A stretch of 63,885 nt of DNA, filler included, from Octopus bimaculoides (lineage: Eukaryota): the NCBI RefSeq assembly GCF_001194135.2. It is 3 parts of 3 records of this genome, joined end to end, with 100 filler letters (N's around TTAATTAATTAA, not from the genome) between each part and the next. Parts side by side here need not be neighbours in the genome. Positions count along the whole stretch, not along the records: positions 29,812 to 61,515 come from NC_068984.1; 2 more parts are not named here. One strand, 5' to 3'. A program made the translations under genes and the position numbers. Below are positions 44,981-60,155 of this stretch, in pieces (the stretch's first letter is position 1; the number at the start of each line of letters is the position of its first letter). The notes beneath the pieces are model-generated. The model ran no database searches, was not told where the DNA came from, and saw only the letters and a list, made by a program, of their open reading frames with translations.

Positions 44981-47900
44981 GTGTTAGTAGTACATTTAAT
45001 AGAAACCAAACTTATGTAGGCCTCAAGACGCATTTATTGATGAGAGGAAGGATATAGTTAATGGGTGAATAGCAGAGTTGTCATTGACGCCATTTAAAGT
45101 CAGTGTTTGAAGAGTTGTTTCGCGAAACAGTTTGAATGAAGCTCTACCGATTCACAATATATTTATACCTTATTCATATAACTGACTGCCATATAATTGA
45201 AATTTCCTTTAGAGAATCCCAATGCCAGTTGCATTGTTAGTCCTTGAGATTCATGTGCGGAAGCCATTTAGGTTGGTAAATAACCAAAACTATAAAATGT
45301 TATATAAGTTTGTAACGTAGATAATTATATGGCTGTATAACTCGCAAATATAATGTATTTACTCACTTTTTTCATCAACAATCACCATTGGAAGAAGCTT
45401 CAACGTGCTTGGTTAGCCTACAAGAAATAGTAACCTAATCTTCCTCAATTCGTATCTTACCTTTCTTATAACGGATGAACTCAGTGGATAACAAAGCCTT
45501 CGACATATAAAAAGACCAGATGGTCATGAATGAGAAGCCTTCGATCATAGATCTTCTCCATCATGTTCAATTTTCAGTTAAACTTTATGGCAACCATTGT
45601 ATAACGACTATAACCATATAGTTTGGTACCCGGAAACACTTATTACAAAGTATTCTTACAGACTTTTGAATTTTAAAACCATTCATATTAGTTTATTTTA
45701 TGCAGAAGCAAGCATTTTACTGATGGAAAATCAACCGTATTTTCCAAGTGTATCGGCAGCTAAGCAGTACTGTCATCTTTAGCGAACCGGTTCCAATAAA
45801 TAATGTTGGATGTTCTTCCTAAATGCGTTAAAACTTTGCTTCCTTGCAAACCCTGTTGTTTTCCTAAGTAAAAGTTTCTAAGATTTGAAAGTATAATCAG
45901 CAACAAAGTAGCATACGATAAAAGATGAAACATCGTGCTAGGTGTTCCGAATACTTCACTATGCATTATGTAAAAATCCTTCCACTAAGCTGCATTGATT
46001 CATTCGTTTATTTTAAGTGAATTGTGTGCCAAATAATCCCAGGCTTAAAATAAAAGTTTACGTCGATAACCTATCGGGTTTCTGATGCATAATAAGAAAA
46101 TGGAGCCTGAGAAGGCATTAAAATAAATTTAATCCTTTTAAATTGTTTATATCTACAACTATCTATTCTATAAAATCGTTTGTTTAGTAATTCCGATAAC
46201 GAAGCACTCCCGAGTGGTTTGTAAATATTTCATTTTCGTTACATAAAAAAATTTAACTGAACATCCATCCATTTCCATCGGCGATTCAAACCAATTTTTT
46301 CTTTGCGGCAGGCGTAACAGAACATCATTAAACGAATCCGTGATTGATTTGCCGAGATATTTATTTTAAATTTAAATCTAAGATGCTATGTCTATAGAAG
46401 ATCGTTATTATATCGATTTAGTTGGAATTTAATGTAGTCGAAACTGGCCACAGTATTGTCTCTTCCAAGAACATGATGAATTGCTTAACAACGCGTTTGC
46501 CACACATGCAGAGATTAAAGTTATGAGACGCACAATTTCTGTAAAAATCCAAATTTAAGGAAATTAATTAATTTCTCAATACTTTAATGAACTAGATTAA
46601 TATGAATGATCTTAGTTCTGAATACCAAAAAGCAATATATTTTCAAGCAGTCTAATGCTATATCACAAATAGTTTACAAGCCAATAAAAGGAGTCCTTGC
46701 AATCGACCAATCAGCGTAGAGTTAATGACCAAACGTCCATGTGAACGGGCTATGTGTGTGTATATGCGCTACTAGATAGCTCATGGAAGACAAAATCTTT
46801 AGTGAGCTACATATTTGACATTACGTGCTTTATGAAATTTGTAAGGGTAACAATGCAAACGCTAGGGAATACATATGCACCGTATAGCCTGCTGATGTGA
46901 GCTTGTTTCAATGGAACAAGGGAAAAGCATCACCGTAAAACTTTAGTGTCAAAACCTTGAACGTATCAATCATGTTTTGTCTTGCTCAAAACAAAATACA
47001 AACTCATGATATTTCAAGGTCACATTCAGCAAATGTAACTCAAGGAAAGATAAATTCGTTAGGTTGAGAAACTCTGCCACATCCTCCCTACTCATCAGAC
47101 TTAGGCACTATCCAATTTTTACTTTTTATGATACTTGAGCACTTTACAAGTGGAAAATATTCAGAAGCAGAGACGATGTCAAACGAGACCCCAAACATTT
47201 TTCTCTCTTCTCTGGCCTTTTCTGTTTTTGCTCGAGGAAAAGGGAAACAGAAAACTTATTTTAAGATGGGAAATATTGCTAACGATGGTGATTACGTTTT
47301 AAGTGAATAAATCTATATACTGTATGTTGTACGCTGATCTGAATTCATTACATGATAAGCGACATTACTTTTTGGTACCTTGATACATTCAAAGTTCTCA
47401 AGTTTGTAAATAGCATTTAGTTTCTTTTATTCTCATAGGCTACCGATTTAGTTACACGGTTTCAGAGACAATTCCAACGCAAATTAAAATAAAATAAACT
47501 GCCCACACAAAAATATCAATAACATAAAATGATTTAACTTGACAGTAACAGTTTGTTTATTGAAATATTTCACGAAGGACACAAAGTAGTAAGTTGTAAG
47601 TTTTATACTTTTCTGTGGAACCATAAACCAAAAAATACAAGATATAGAATACTACCATCTATACACACATAGATTACTGTTCAATAAAACATTTGAAAAT
47701 GCATAGTAAGTTATTTAAATGACAGAGAAAGTCAGATAAATATATTTTATCTCTGTTTTCTCTGTTTCAAGAGATGTATTTTCTTGATTATGTTCAAGGT
47801 AATTGAGCAATTATATTGTCTTACGCGTATAGACCGGCAAAATTTACAAACACAAGAGGCGTGATTATATGAAATATTTTGAGGCTCATTTACCAAGAAA

Positions 47901-48464
47901 ATATTGTTTTTGATGCAATTTATACAAGCAATTAGAAAAGAAGACCCAGTAATAACAATGATTATTTGTTAGAATCGAGAGATCAAAAAATTCAAAATAG
48001 CACTTATTTGAATTAACGCTAAACTTGATTAGATTTCGTTTCAGATTTCTATCATCAGAAGGGTTCAGGAAGTACCTTAGTTTTAATTACAATCTAATTA
48101 TCAATCTAAAACATTACAACCAACACTGTTGTCGAAAATGATTTTACAATATTTACATAGCCAGTCTTAATTATAATATATGTAAGAGTACACTTGGTGT
48201 GGCCAAATTATTATACCTTATCAAAGTATCAGTGATAACATAAACATAATTGACAGCAAAAGCGTAATTCGGAATTAGGTTCAGACTAAAGATTTTAAAA
48301 TTCATCTTCAAAGCAATGAATAAAATTGGAGTTCTCGAGGCTGAGGCAAAACAAGATTATAAGCCTCTTTCTGAAGATGCTTCTACACACTCATGTCTGT
48401 CTGTCTTACTGTCTGTTTGTATGCATGCATGTATATGTGTATACGTGTGTGTGTATGTGTATAT

Positions 48465-48885
48465 ATATTCTTAGTCATTTGACTGCAGCATACTGGAGTA
48501 CCACCTTAAGGGGTCTTAGTCGAACAAATCGACTCCAAGACTTGTTCTTTGTGAGCCTAGTACTTATTCTATCGGTCACTTTCGGCGAACCGCTAGTTTA
48601 CAGGAACATAAACACACCAACATCTGTTGTCAAGTGATGGTGGGGAGGGCACAAACACAGACACAAACACACACACGTATACATACACACACAGACACAC
48701 GTGTACGCTACGCACACACATACATACGACGGGCTTCTTTCAGTTTTTGTCTACTAAATCCACTTACAAGGCCTTAATCGGCCCGAGTCAATAGTAGAAG
48801 ACACTTGCTCAAGGTGCCACGCAATAGGACTAAACCCGGAACCATGTGATAGGGAAGCAAGCTTCTTGCCACACAGCCACGTATA
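48465..48885 (-). mobile_element. Full-length SINE family C (about 420 bp) with internal (TG)n tract
   Basis: Minus strand head gtggctgtgtggcaagaagcttgcttccc..ggttccgggtttagtcc (A and B box-like), body, internal microsatellite, 3' end ..cagtcaaatgactaag. Confidence 0.9.
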
Positions 48886-49329
48886 TGTGTGTGTTGTGTG
48901 TATGCATGATTGTGTGTATTTCGGTTTTGTATTTGGTTAACAAGGTTCTTGATGTAATTCGTATTGAAACACTTCCTATGTCTTAGGAGGGTCATTACTC
49001 CAATAATAGTAAACACACGCACTGGTTCAATATCTCTTCTTTATTGATAATCAATCGGTTAGATATTTAACCAACTAACAAATCGATCCTGTGTTAAATG
49101 TGTTGGTTAAACACTCAATTGCTTGCATGTCTGTCAGAGTCATTTCGTCGCTATTCGCGATCTCATTAATAAAATGATCCTCTATCATGTCTGCCTTGAA
49201 TCTGTTTGAGAATTAGTCTGATACCTGCGTGTGTGTATGCTTGTATGTGTGTATGTAGGTGAGTGGTTGCTTACATGTGTCTAAATGAAGAGTCGATTTT
49301 AGTTTCTGCTGAGAACATTTTAGAATTTT

Positions 49330-50573
49330 TGCATTTGTCCTTCGTACTTTTGTTCTGCTGTATGAACTCTTGTGTCCATATTTTTGACAACTGTAACATT
49401 TTTGCTTTTTAAAAGTACAATCGTTTCTGAAATGTAGGCCTCCACATCCGTAACATGGATTAGGACCTAGTAATCTTCTTTGGTGATACTTTCTCGGTGG
49501 ACATATCTATATTCTTGCGAAATCCTTTTCTTGAATTTTTCTTACGTCGTGTTTCAGGAACATCATTCTTTGACACTCTTCTGCAACAGTCTTCAGGGTT
49601 AAATCTTGGTTCACTTGTTCAAGTTTTGAAATAATTATTGCCCATATTTCTGTATCTTCATTTACTATAAGGCATTGTATAAAAATGAGGCACTTAAATA
49701 TCTCAAGAGTAAGTTCTTCAAGCTTAAAACTTTCACACGTTCTGTTGACTATTCCTGCATACGTAATAAAGTCACCATCTTCTTTTTTAGTTAAATTCCA
49801 ACACTCCATTCGAGTGTTAAATAGAGAAGTTTTATCACCAAACGTGTTGGAGAGTAATTTGATTGTTTCCTGAAAACAAATTTCACTAGACTTACAGTAT
49901 CGTTTATGCTCAGCCGGAGCTAATCTACGTAATAATAACCTTACTTTTTTTTTCGTCCGACCATATTTTGCAATCTTCCTTAAAAATCTCCCCGCAAAAG
50001 TTATACCCTCCTCTGGGTTATAATTGAATTCTGTTATGGAGGTCGATACGCCGTCTGGCAAAAACGAACTTACCGCATTTTTGGACTTCTTTGGGTATAA
50101 CTCCAATAATTGTTGTTGTTGTAGTTGTTGCTGTATTAGTTGCTTCTGCAACTCCTGTTGTTGTTGTTGTTTTTGCTTTTGCAACTGTATTATAGAAGCT
50201 AATAGGTCTTCCATCATTTAACAAGTTGCGTCACGAACAAATTGTTAAATAACCTATGTGAGCTTCGAAACCCTCGTCACAAGAATGTTGTATCCTCCAT
50301 CTCCAAATGTCGTGGTACCGCTATGATATTGTGATAGATAGTTCTGATACACTGTAGTAACAGTAATGATGCAGCTGTAACAACAACGTAATTATCAATC
50401 AATCCATTCACGAACCAACAATCAATATTCCAAACGAACTAATCTACCGAAACCTTCCGACTTCATTGCGAACCCAACTCGAACTAGCATACAAGCTTCA
50501 CTCCAACCGCTACAATTTATAATCGCTCGGTCCAGTCTATTTCTCGCAAGAGGGCATCATGACTCTCGTCACA
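49330..50573 (-). mobile_element. Truncated Gypsy (K02A2.6-like) LTR element: LTR 50573-50286, PBS-like segment, gag 50217-49507 and zinc knuckles
   Basis: LTR begins TGTGACGAG and ends ATACAACA. Gag ITEFNYNPEEGITF..KVRLLLRRL..EH..FGDKTSLFNTR.EC; downstream CYGCGGLHFRNDC and CYSCQKYGH; polyQ N-terminus. Confidence 0.88.
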
Positions 50574-50703
50574 ATAATATATGTATATGTGTGTGTGTGT
50601 CTGTGTGTGTGCGTATCTTTACATATGAGAGTATGAGGTTTATATATGTAAGTATATGTATACGTACATAATTATACATATACATACATATATTTGTATG
50701 TAC

Positions 50704-50759
<56 letters not shown>

Positions 50760-51408
50760 AGAGAGAGAGAGATTGGAAAGAGACGGTAATATTTGTCAGT
50801 ATAACAATCAATTCTAAACTATAGCATGATGATGTATCACCGAGAACAGACTAGAAATACACTATCACATGTACTGTGAGAGTTCGAATACAAGAACTGG
50901 TATATCAGACTTTTATAAGATACGAAGAATGAATGAAAGTATTATGCAGATAAACATTTCTCTTACTAAACGGAATTTTATTGAAGGATTACGTAATTCT
51001 GCATAGCTTATAACATTGATAGACACGTTTTAATCATTAAGATTTAATCATTAGACAATGATATATGTATACGTGCGCATATGTGTGTGTGCGCGTGCAT
51101 ATATGTGTCCGTGCGCGCGCGTACGTGTGCGTATGTATGCGTGTGTATAATAAAAAACCCAATTTTCCTGCTCCCAACATGTACTAAAAACTCCTTAAGG
51201 TACCATGAAATTGTAATATTTTCATTAATTTCTTAGTCACGATCAGCAAAAGCGAAGCCGGTTGACTATCCAATCTCATAAAAGTATATACATTCTCTGT
51301 ATTACCCTTTTTTCCCCCATGTAAGGGAAACAAATCTCTGCAAAGAAGCTTTGTACTATATATATATATATATACAAACACACACACACATGTACATATA
51401 TATATATA

Positions 51409-51475
<67 letters not shown>

Positions 51476-54400
51476 TGAGGAAGATGTGTATGCATGCATG
51501 CATATGTAGATTGTGCAGACATGCTAACATTAAACGATTTGGGCTGCTCTATATGAATTATTTAGGAATATATCGTGAATGCTAGCACAAAAATCATTTT
51601 ACTATTTATCTCTGTTAACAAATATATATATATCTCAAAACTTTTCGTGATTTGTCAAATGAAACCTTATTCGCTGTCATTCTTAATTCTAACATTGAAT
51701 GTCATATACTTTCTCTTTATATTGATATATTCTTTCGAAATATTGTCAGAGTGAAAGCTCTTTAAGAAATTTAAAGAATATAAGATTTCTTTCCCTCATT
51801 TATTTTAGTCATGCGCCTGACACACCTGAGATTTTGAAAATCATTGAAAAATATGTAGCCAAGACATTTGTATGCAAACAAACACCTTCTATCGTTGCTA
51901 TTTGCGTCCGCAACAATACAGAAATATCATGCATAATTCAATTTTACCATTCATGACAATAGTTACAAGATATATCATGTAAATTGTTTAGTACATATAC
52001 ATACTTGTATACTCACACACACACACCGCCCACACATATACTTTATCGATACCAATTACAAAAGCTAGCGATCAAATAGTACTTCCAAATATTTCCATGT
52101 ACATATCTAAATGTTATGTTATTATGGGTAACTATTGCTACATAGAAGCAGGCATATTAGAATGTCTTGATACATGACATATTCAAAGTTTCGTGAAAAT
52201 TTCAGTTCTGTTTTCTGAAATGTGTTGAAATACTGGATTTGTGCTGCAGTTAACTTTTCTGGCTTGTTTTAAAGATTTGAGTCGTGAATCTATCAGTTAC
52301 AAATGAGTAATTTCGTATTCAGTCCTCACTGGCCAGTATGTAATAAACATTCTTGTATTCTCTGAAGCTGAAGTATTTTCTCTGTATTTTTTTTTTTTTA
52401 CTTTCATGTAAAATGCAGCCACTCAGTTTTGCTGCACATGTAAACTGCATTTAGAAATGGTCCTCTATATGCTTAGAGCAGCGATTTTGTTAACTCTAGC
52501 AATCTTATTGCAAATGTCGTTTATATTACTAAAGTGTATCTGCTCTTGAACTATGACGACATTCATGGATAACAGTTTCTGACTAATTATGCCGGACTGA
52601 CTAGTGTATGCCGATGTCGGATTTAAGTTTCTGACGGATAAAACTGAAGGTATATAACTGGAGCAGCAATAGTAACCACGGAAGATTGTTGATTGTCTTG
52701 TTTTAATGCCTATCTAGTGTATGTTATATACCTGCTCTTATCTAAAATGCCTTTCTTCCTTTCATAAGTTACTTTTTTTTTTTGTTAATTCTATCAACAT
52801 TTCGTTTTCTACTTTCGCAAGTAACGTCGGTATTATTTGAATTTCCAAGGAAATATCATTTTCTTTTCCAGTTCTTTATGTTTGTAATATTTAATTTCCT
52901 TTTATTACGTTTTGTTTTATTTCTGTATGCTCTGTTATCCATGTTAACTCCAAACCAACGAAAAAATGGATTAAGTTGATTAGATTAGTAAAAATGTAGT
53001 GAAGAAATTGATGAAGAGATGTCTTTGCATGTTTTATAATCTATGGATTTCTCTTCGTAAGTGAGATTTTGGGGATCGACCTACAATTCAATCATTAAAT
53101 ATGGTCATCCATCTCTACATTTCATTTTTAAATATTCTTTAATCTTGCCACACACACACATACTCTCTCCCCCTCTCTCTCTATCTATCTGTCTATCTAT
53201 CTCTTGATAAACTTGGTTTTTTTTCTTCTTGCGGCTCTTAATCCTTTCTCCTTCTTGCTTTTCAAGATAGGTGCTATCGATTTTCCATATCTGATAATTC
53301 TGAATCCTGTTGTCGTGTATGATTTAATTATATAATTTAATTATATAATGCTTAAAATTGCGTGCTTATTTCAACCAAGATATAGCTTTTAATCGAATTT
53401 GTCTCCTATCATAGTTTGTCCCAAATAATTGATTAGATTTGTATTGTTGCAGTTTTCTGATTCCATACAAGAAGTGAAATATGCCCTCCGTGTTTTCAGA
53501 GTATTGCTATTGTGGGTAGCGTTGTGCCTTTTGTGTACTACGAAGTGTGTGATTACTTAACTATTTTTTTCCGGAAACCTGTGTGAGGGAAACCATGCAG
53601 AATGACGAGATTTGGTTGATTCGTGCCCTTCATAAGCTATACAATATTTTGTTTGCAATTATTATCGATTTATTCATTGATAACTAATTACTGGGTTCTT
53701 TTCGGTTATTTCAACTTTTACTATTATCCTTCTGACAAGCAACCTATTCGTGCATATCTGGTCTTATATTGGCTAATGTAAATTGGTTTACAAAAATTAT
53801 AATTAATCATAAGTATGTTTTAATGCAATTAAAGAGTTGTATTCTAGATTTTAAGCAATAATATAAAGCTATAATATACCACATTCACTACTGATTTTTT
53901 ATAAACAATAACATTGATAGCTCATTCATACATCATTCTAAAAAGTAACATAAAATTAACATAGAGTCTATTTTATTGTATTTTGGTTATTAGTATTTAG
54001 CATGTATGCTGTTTAGAGGAACAGAAGTTTAATTTATCAGATTTGTGTTCCGTAGCATCATTTAGTTCTGTTTTATCTAGACAATATTAACTAGCAATTT
54101 GCATGAAACGAATCTGCCTTTTAGTATTACATATATTGATAACACAGATCACAAGCCTGGTAATTGTGAGTCGATTACCCTAATCTTTGGTTACTCTATG
54201 ATACCTATGTCATTTGCTTTAACAAAACTTCTCTCTAGACGCTACACGTATTTACGAAAATAAATATGGGCTGACACTGTACGTATTGACATTAGTCTAA
54301 CTTTGATTTCCGAAGTTGATTGTACTGGATTTTTTAGGAATATGTTAATGGAGTTAAGAAATAGAAGAATTGAACAAAAGTTTAACCTCTTGTTATATTT

Positions 54401-54558
54401 ATCTCTTTCTTGCTATATATACCTTTGTTGTTGTAAGTATGCTTACAGGAATGTAAGGTAGGAGAAATTTTACTATACAAAACATTTCAACTTTTACGTT
54501 CATTAACAAGTAATCACCGATATCATAGTTCATAAAAAAACTTCACTTCATCCTATAG

Positions 54559-54703
54559 AGACGACAGTCAAGCTGACAGCGACGAAATTGAAAGACATAA
54601 TTGAGATAGATTACAAAGTAATCGAAATCGACGATAATGAAGCTGATGCAATGACAAACCTTAAATTTGATGACGAATTTCAGATTGTTGTTGCAGAGAG
54701 CTT
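54559..54703 (+). CDS. Candidate internal exon of an unknown + strand gene
   Basis: Acceptor cttcacttcatcctatAG 54557-54558, donor GTaagt 54704. 145 nt with only one open frame (phase 1/2): TTVKLTATKLKDIIEIDYKVIEIDDNEADAMTNLKFDDEFQIVVAES. Confidence 0.55.
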
Positions 54704-55194
54704 GTAAGTGTGTCTATATACAGTGTTTTGTTTTAGTTTTGTAATGCTCGTTGCATTCAAAGCACGAACATGTGCGTGGTACCTAATAATGTTATTTTTT
54801 GTATGTTGTATATCTGTGCATATCTATTTATGTGTTAGTTTATGCTTTTTTAAATTCATTTCCACGACGCCTTATAGTGTTTCGCAGATGTCATTTGACT
54901 CACTAATTCTTAATTTTTTGTATCTGTATAATTTTTCCATTTTTTTCACTGATATATAAACGCCTCAACAGATGATTAAAGTATCATATTTCAAGACATA
55001 TGTAAACATCTGCCGGAGTCGGTACTTCAATTAAGAAGCGCCGTCTTTCTTTTTCATGGTTATCATTGGTCACCCTGTCTCTGTGTATCAGTATATTCCA
55101 GAGCATGTTGTTTTTGTCATTCTAAGACCTATCTCGATCTATGTTTATACAAACACATTTCTGTCGGCATAAGTTCCAGTGAAATGAAAGACTC

Positions 55195-55430
55195 AACTCA
55201 TGCTTGTGGGTATAATCTTTCTGGGATAAGCTTCAACGGCAACAGAAAATATTGCTTCTTCCAAAACTCTACATATCTTGCAATTACTTAATGCATTCTG
55301 CTTTACGACATACTTGTGAAGATTTCTGCTAGGAAAGCTTTGATTCTGTGCTGTAGTCAAGAATCTGCCAGTTTCAGCTTTTAATGTTACTTTTATCAGC
55401 CAGTTCTGTAATTTTTCATCGTACATTTCG
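55195..55430 (-). mobile_element. R4/Dong-type LINE fragment (pre-endonuclease zinc-knuckle region)
   Basis: NWLIKVTLKAETGRFLTTAQNQSFPSRNLHKYVVKQNALSNCKICRVLEEAI resembles the WL..G.L..ETEG.+.AAQDQ.L.TRN...CR.C...ET+ pattern. Confidence 0.7.
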
Positions 55431-58400
55431 ACTCTGCTAAATATTGCAGATAGTTACATGTGAAGGATTGGCTTCCAGTTGTGTTAGCTTGACATTATGT
55501 AACCTTTGATTGAGTTTTGTTTTTAACCTTTGCTCAAATCCTGTCGTTATTTCTCCTGTTTCAACTGTTTGTCACCTCAGACTTTGTTTCATATTTGTTG
55601 GCTTAATCAAAGGCAAAGTGGTTTTTTTTTTATCTTGTTAGTATTTTGTAACTATTAGTTTCGTATTTTGTAGTTATTAGTTTCCCCGTTGTTCTTCACT
55701 GGGCATTGCTGCAGTCCAAGCGTGAATAATTTATTATAGTTTTCTAGTGGAATAAGGCCCTTCGCTTCTGTATACGTTATAAATAAAATCTTTCTATGTG
55801 AGACTTTTAGAAGTACATTCTAAATGCAATTATAATTTTTCTTGTTTTTATATTTTTCTAGTCTTACTATTTCCTATATCAGTTATATTACAACTGGTAA
55901 ATCTTGAATCATAAATCACATACAAAAAAATTAAACTAAATTTGTGTAATCTATGGTAACACGAATAATGTTATTACACAACATTGCTCTGTTGCTCATT
56001 ATAGAATTTTACAAAATTTTCTTCAAGTTAGGGCTCTTTTTATTAGACTAGCAGTACCAAGATGCTAACCTTTATTTGTTTTAAAGAAGAAACGGATATC
56101 GTATTTGCTTAATCAATGGTTGATCAGTCACTTGCTTAACGTTCTATTGAAGATAAAATCATTTACGCAACAACACGATCATGTAAAATAAAAAAAAAAT
56201 TAAAAGTAAGAAAAATCCAATAACAATGCAATAAAAAATGCTCAATTCAAAAACCCAATTAAGCCTAATTTAGATTTAAATCTTGAATCTTCAATCTCGA
56301 AATTAGAAAGTATTTGCAGAATATAACCAATGTTTGAGATTATTTTCAAACTTCTTAGGAAGGAAATGATGTGTTTGAGTGAAAACATTATTTAAAGCGA
56401 TAAATGATAGAGATATGTTTACAGTAAAATTACGTTTGTAACTAACTTTACAAATATATTTCCGCAAATCATTAGAGGATTGAATTAGTGGAGAGATAAT
56501 AGATATATGTCTTTTCAGGTAAGGTATTTGAACGCAACGGTCTCATTTCTTTAGCTAATATGTGTTAATATAAATACAAAAATGTATAATTGTTATCTGA
56601 TTTTCATAGGTGATGACAATGCTGACTAGTATGGGGATGAAAATGATGACGGTGACTGCAGTTTATGATGACATTGGTGCTTGTAATAATAAATAAAAAG
56701 ATGAAGATGATGCCAATGATAACGATGATGATAATATTGATGATGATGATGATGACTATGATGATCATGACCTTGCCTCCTAACTATCATTATTTTCATC
56801 TTCACAACAAACTTTAGATTTCACAATTATTCCAATTGGCAATTGCCTAAAGTTTAGAAGCTGACAAATTTGGATAAATATCATGTGATACCATTGTTTG
56901 TATATGTGAAGATTCTGACAAACAAGCGTGAACATCAGAGTTCGTAGAGTTCAGTTGCTGTAAGTTAGTTAAATAGATAGAAAGATAGATAGATAAATGG
57001 ATAGATTGAGAGACAGAAGGAGTGAATGAATGACAGGTGTTGTAGATTTGATAATAAGCTTGTAAAATTAAGGTTAAAAAGCAAAAATATTAGATTATTC
57101 ACTTCTCACGGTAACTGAAATTAACAAACCTTCGAATGAAATAATCAGTTTGTTGAAGTAAAATTTAAAAAAAAAACTGAAACGCAATTTTAGTTTGTTA
57201 GAATTCCCGATATTACCTTATCACGTCTAAAAGTGTAGCAGTTTTATATCTTAGTTTTGGGTTTCTATCAGAAGGCTATGTTGCTCGTCAGTATAGAAAA
57301 ATTATAGGTATTGGTTTTATTGATGAACCGATCTCTTTTTGGTGAGGGTTACTTAATTCATCAAACATTTAGTTACTCTTAAGCATCTTCTCTTTATCCA
57401 TTCATCCATCCACTCATATTATTCTATATGAAATTATTTTTAATAAATATAGTTGTAACGAAAAGCATAACATTAACATCAACATATTTGAGTGAAATTT
57501 TAATGTAAATTTAACAAAGTTGAAAAGATAATCAGTGAGAACTGTAAATGCGTTATGAGAAGGAAACTATATATATAGTTTTGCTTATCACTGCTTCTGA
57601 AGATCATATATGGTGTCTTTAAATTCTAATCATTATTTGAAAACAACCAATAGCATAATATTGACATGCGAACATTTTCATGAGATGTCTATAGCATAAA
57701 TAGATTATAACATATGCAACTTATAAGACACAACTTTCGAGGCGTTCACGTAATTCAGTATAATAGTTAATTAGTTAGTTGAAAGAGCTGAGTTATCCCA
57801 TCATTCTGTAATCGAGTTTTTCATGGAATATGTAGTAAATAGAATACATATAGTAAAGTGTTTATTATATATGGCTAGGTACTGTAGGGATGTGACGAAA
57901 TATTTAAGCGTATAAATATATATAAATTTAAACGTACATATAAACCACTGTGATATATAAGTAAACAAGATATTTGATACGTGGGCTTGATTTTAATATT
58001 TTGTCATTTCCATTAATGAATAATTATCCTACTTGTTAGCAAAGGAACGAAATTAAAGATGAGGTCTTTCTGCTTTTCTTATTACTCGGGATTACACATC
58101 ACGATAATTAATAACTAGTGGCGAACAAGTTACACGCGAAAGGATTTGCTCCCCGGTGAATTATGAACTGATTTCGTTTCTTGAACAAAACTTATAAATC
58201 TATTTTGCTTCATTTTCGCTGACTTAATATTTCGCTACGTTAATGGATGGTAATCGGTAGCAAAACGATGCTGCACTAAGTTAGGTAATGATAGAGAGTT
58301 TCCACCGTTTAGCTTTCAACTATTAATTTTCAATCCTACGTGTGTAATCGTTTTTCATATTTGCTTGCGTTTATGAATATAATAAAACTACTGCAAGACA

Positions 58401-59352
58401 TGATTTCCTCCAAACATCGAAACTATTTTCAGTTAAGATCGTATCTACCTTCTTAGGTAGGGTTATTGAGTATAGATATTTTTGAAAACACCAATAGAAA
58501 TCATAAGTGATTCATGGCCTCAAAGAAATATCTGTGTAGACTATATTTATGCATTTATAGCTCTGAAAAGTGGGAATTCTGAAGAAATAGTTCAATGAAA
58601 ATACTCAAAGTTGCAACTAAGCAATACCTATATGATGATGAATATAAACTTTATTATGAAGCTGTATGCGAAAGACTGATAAGGATACACTATTTATTCT
58701 TGAACAGTGTTTACAGCTACTGTGATCTTGATTATAGACATACATTTTACATATTTATGTTTCTTGGTGAGCAAAGTTTGAAAACCACATAAATTGAAAT
58801 CAAAACTCATATTTACTCTAGTTCTATATAAGAATGTAAAAATCTACAATGCAAGCATAGACGCCAGAACTTAGATCTATGCTGCTGTTGATATGTGAAT
58901 TAGAGAAACATTTCCTTGATTGAACGTCAGCTTCTCTTACATATTGCCAACAACTAAATCAATTGACGGATGAAGAATTATGTATCGGCCAACGAGTCCA
59001 AGGACTTTAACGGATTTCATTTCAGTAACTATGCGAATGTTCGTTATTTACTTAGTTATTTGCTTATGACAGTGTCAGTGTATTATATAAGGTTGAAAAC
59101 AAAGGTCTGTCAAAGAATGTTGCAAAGAAGTGCATGCTTACGCATGAAAAAATGAAGAAATGTAGAAGCTGTACAATGAATTTATATTTTATATCATAAA
59201 CCACAGAAATAAATATATTTACTTGAATTGAAAAACTTTCAAATCATCATGTCTGCAATATTAATGTTTCTATAGTGGACTGTCTCTGCGCTACACGTCT
59301 TCGTCTTTTAACGGTAGCTAGCGAAGAGACAAATGAGGTAAAATCTTCACAG

Positions 59353-59403
59353 GCTATGTATGTGGTTAATTTCTGTACCCACAACGATGTTTCTAGAATG
59401 AAA
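59353..59403 (+). CDS. Candidate small exon, unknown + strand gene
   Basis: Acceptor tcttcacAG, donor GTaagt. 51 nt, phase 0/0, AMYVVNFCTHNDVSRMK. Confidence 0.3.
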
Positions 59404-59997
59404 GTAAGTTTGCTAGGTAAAGTCAAATTTTAATTTCCGAACCTTTTTTCCTCCTTCTGATGTTTAAAAGCGACCCTACAATATTAACATCGACTGTGGG
59501 AAATGTTTCGTATAAAATATTGTTAGATATTAATTTGAATAAGCTTCCAGAGCTTGTTGATATTTTAAATAGAAAATAATAAATTAAACATTTTACATGA
59601 TTTGATAATTTAGTTGAAAGCGCTGTATCCAACAGAAATGGATAAACTCAGTTGGTGACATGCATTTGTAGTATTTAAATTGGTATAATGAAATTCATTT
59701 TCGACATGTTTGCCTCATATAAGTCGCTAGCGCAGTGTTAAACATGAAATAACATATTTACTACTTATATGAATACTTTACGTATTCATATATATATCTA
59801 GCAAGAAGCGTGAGTGAAGTTCAGAATATTTTCTCCATTTAGATGCTAAAATATCGCTCAAGAAAACGTTTTTTTTCAAAAGATTTTGCATTTAGTTTTC
59901 TTTCAAATTCTTTCAAAAAGAATATTTCCTCATAACAATTTTAAATACATACATACATACACACACACATACATACATACATACATACATACATACA

Positions 59998-60031
<34 letters not shown>

Positions 60032-60155
60032 CATGCATGCATGCATGCATACATACATACATACACACACACACTATGATATACATGTTCATACTACATA
60101 CGTTCCGGCAGATTCTAACGTAAATATGCTAATCCTTGTTGTATTTCGTTATTAG

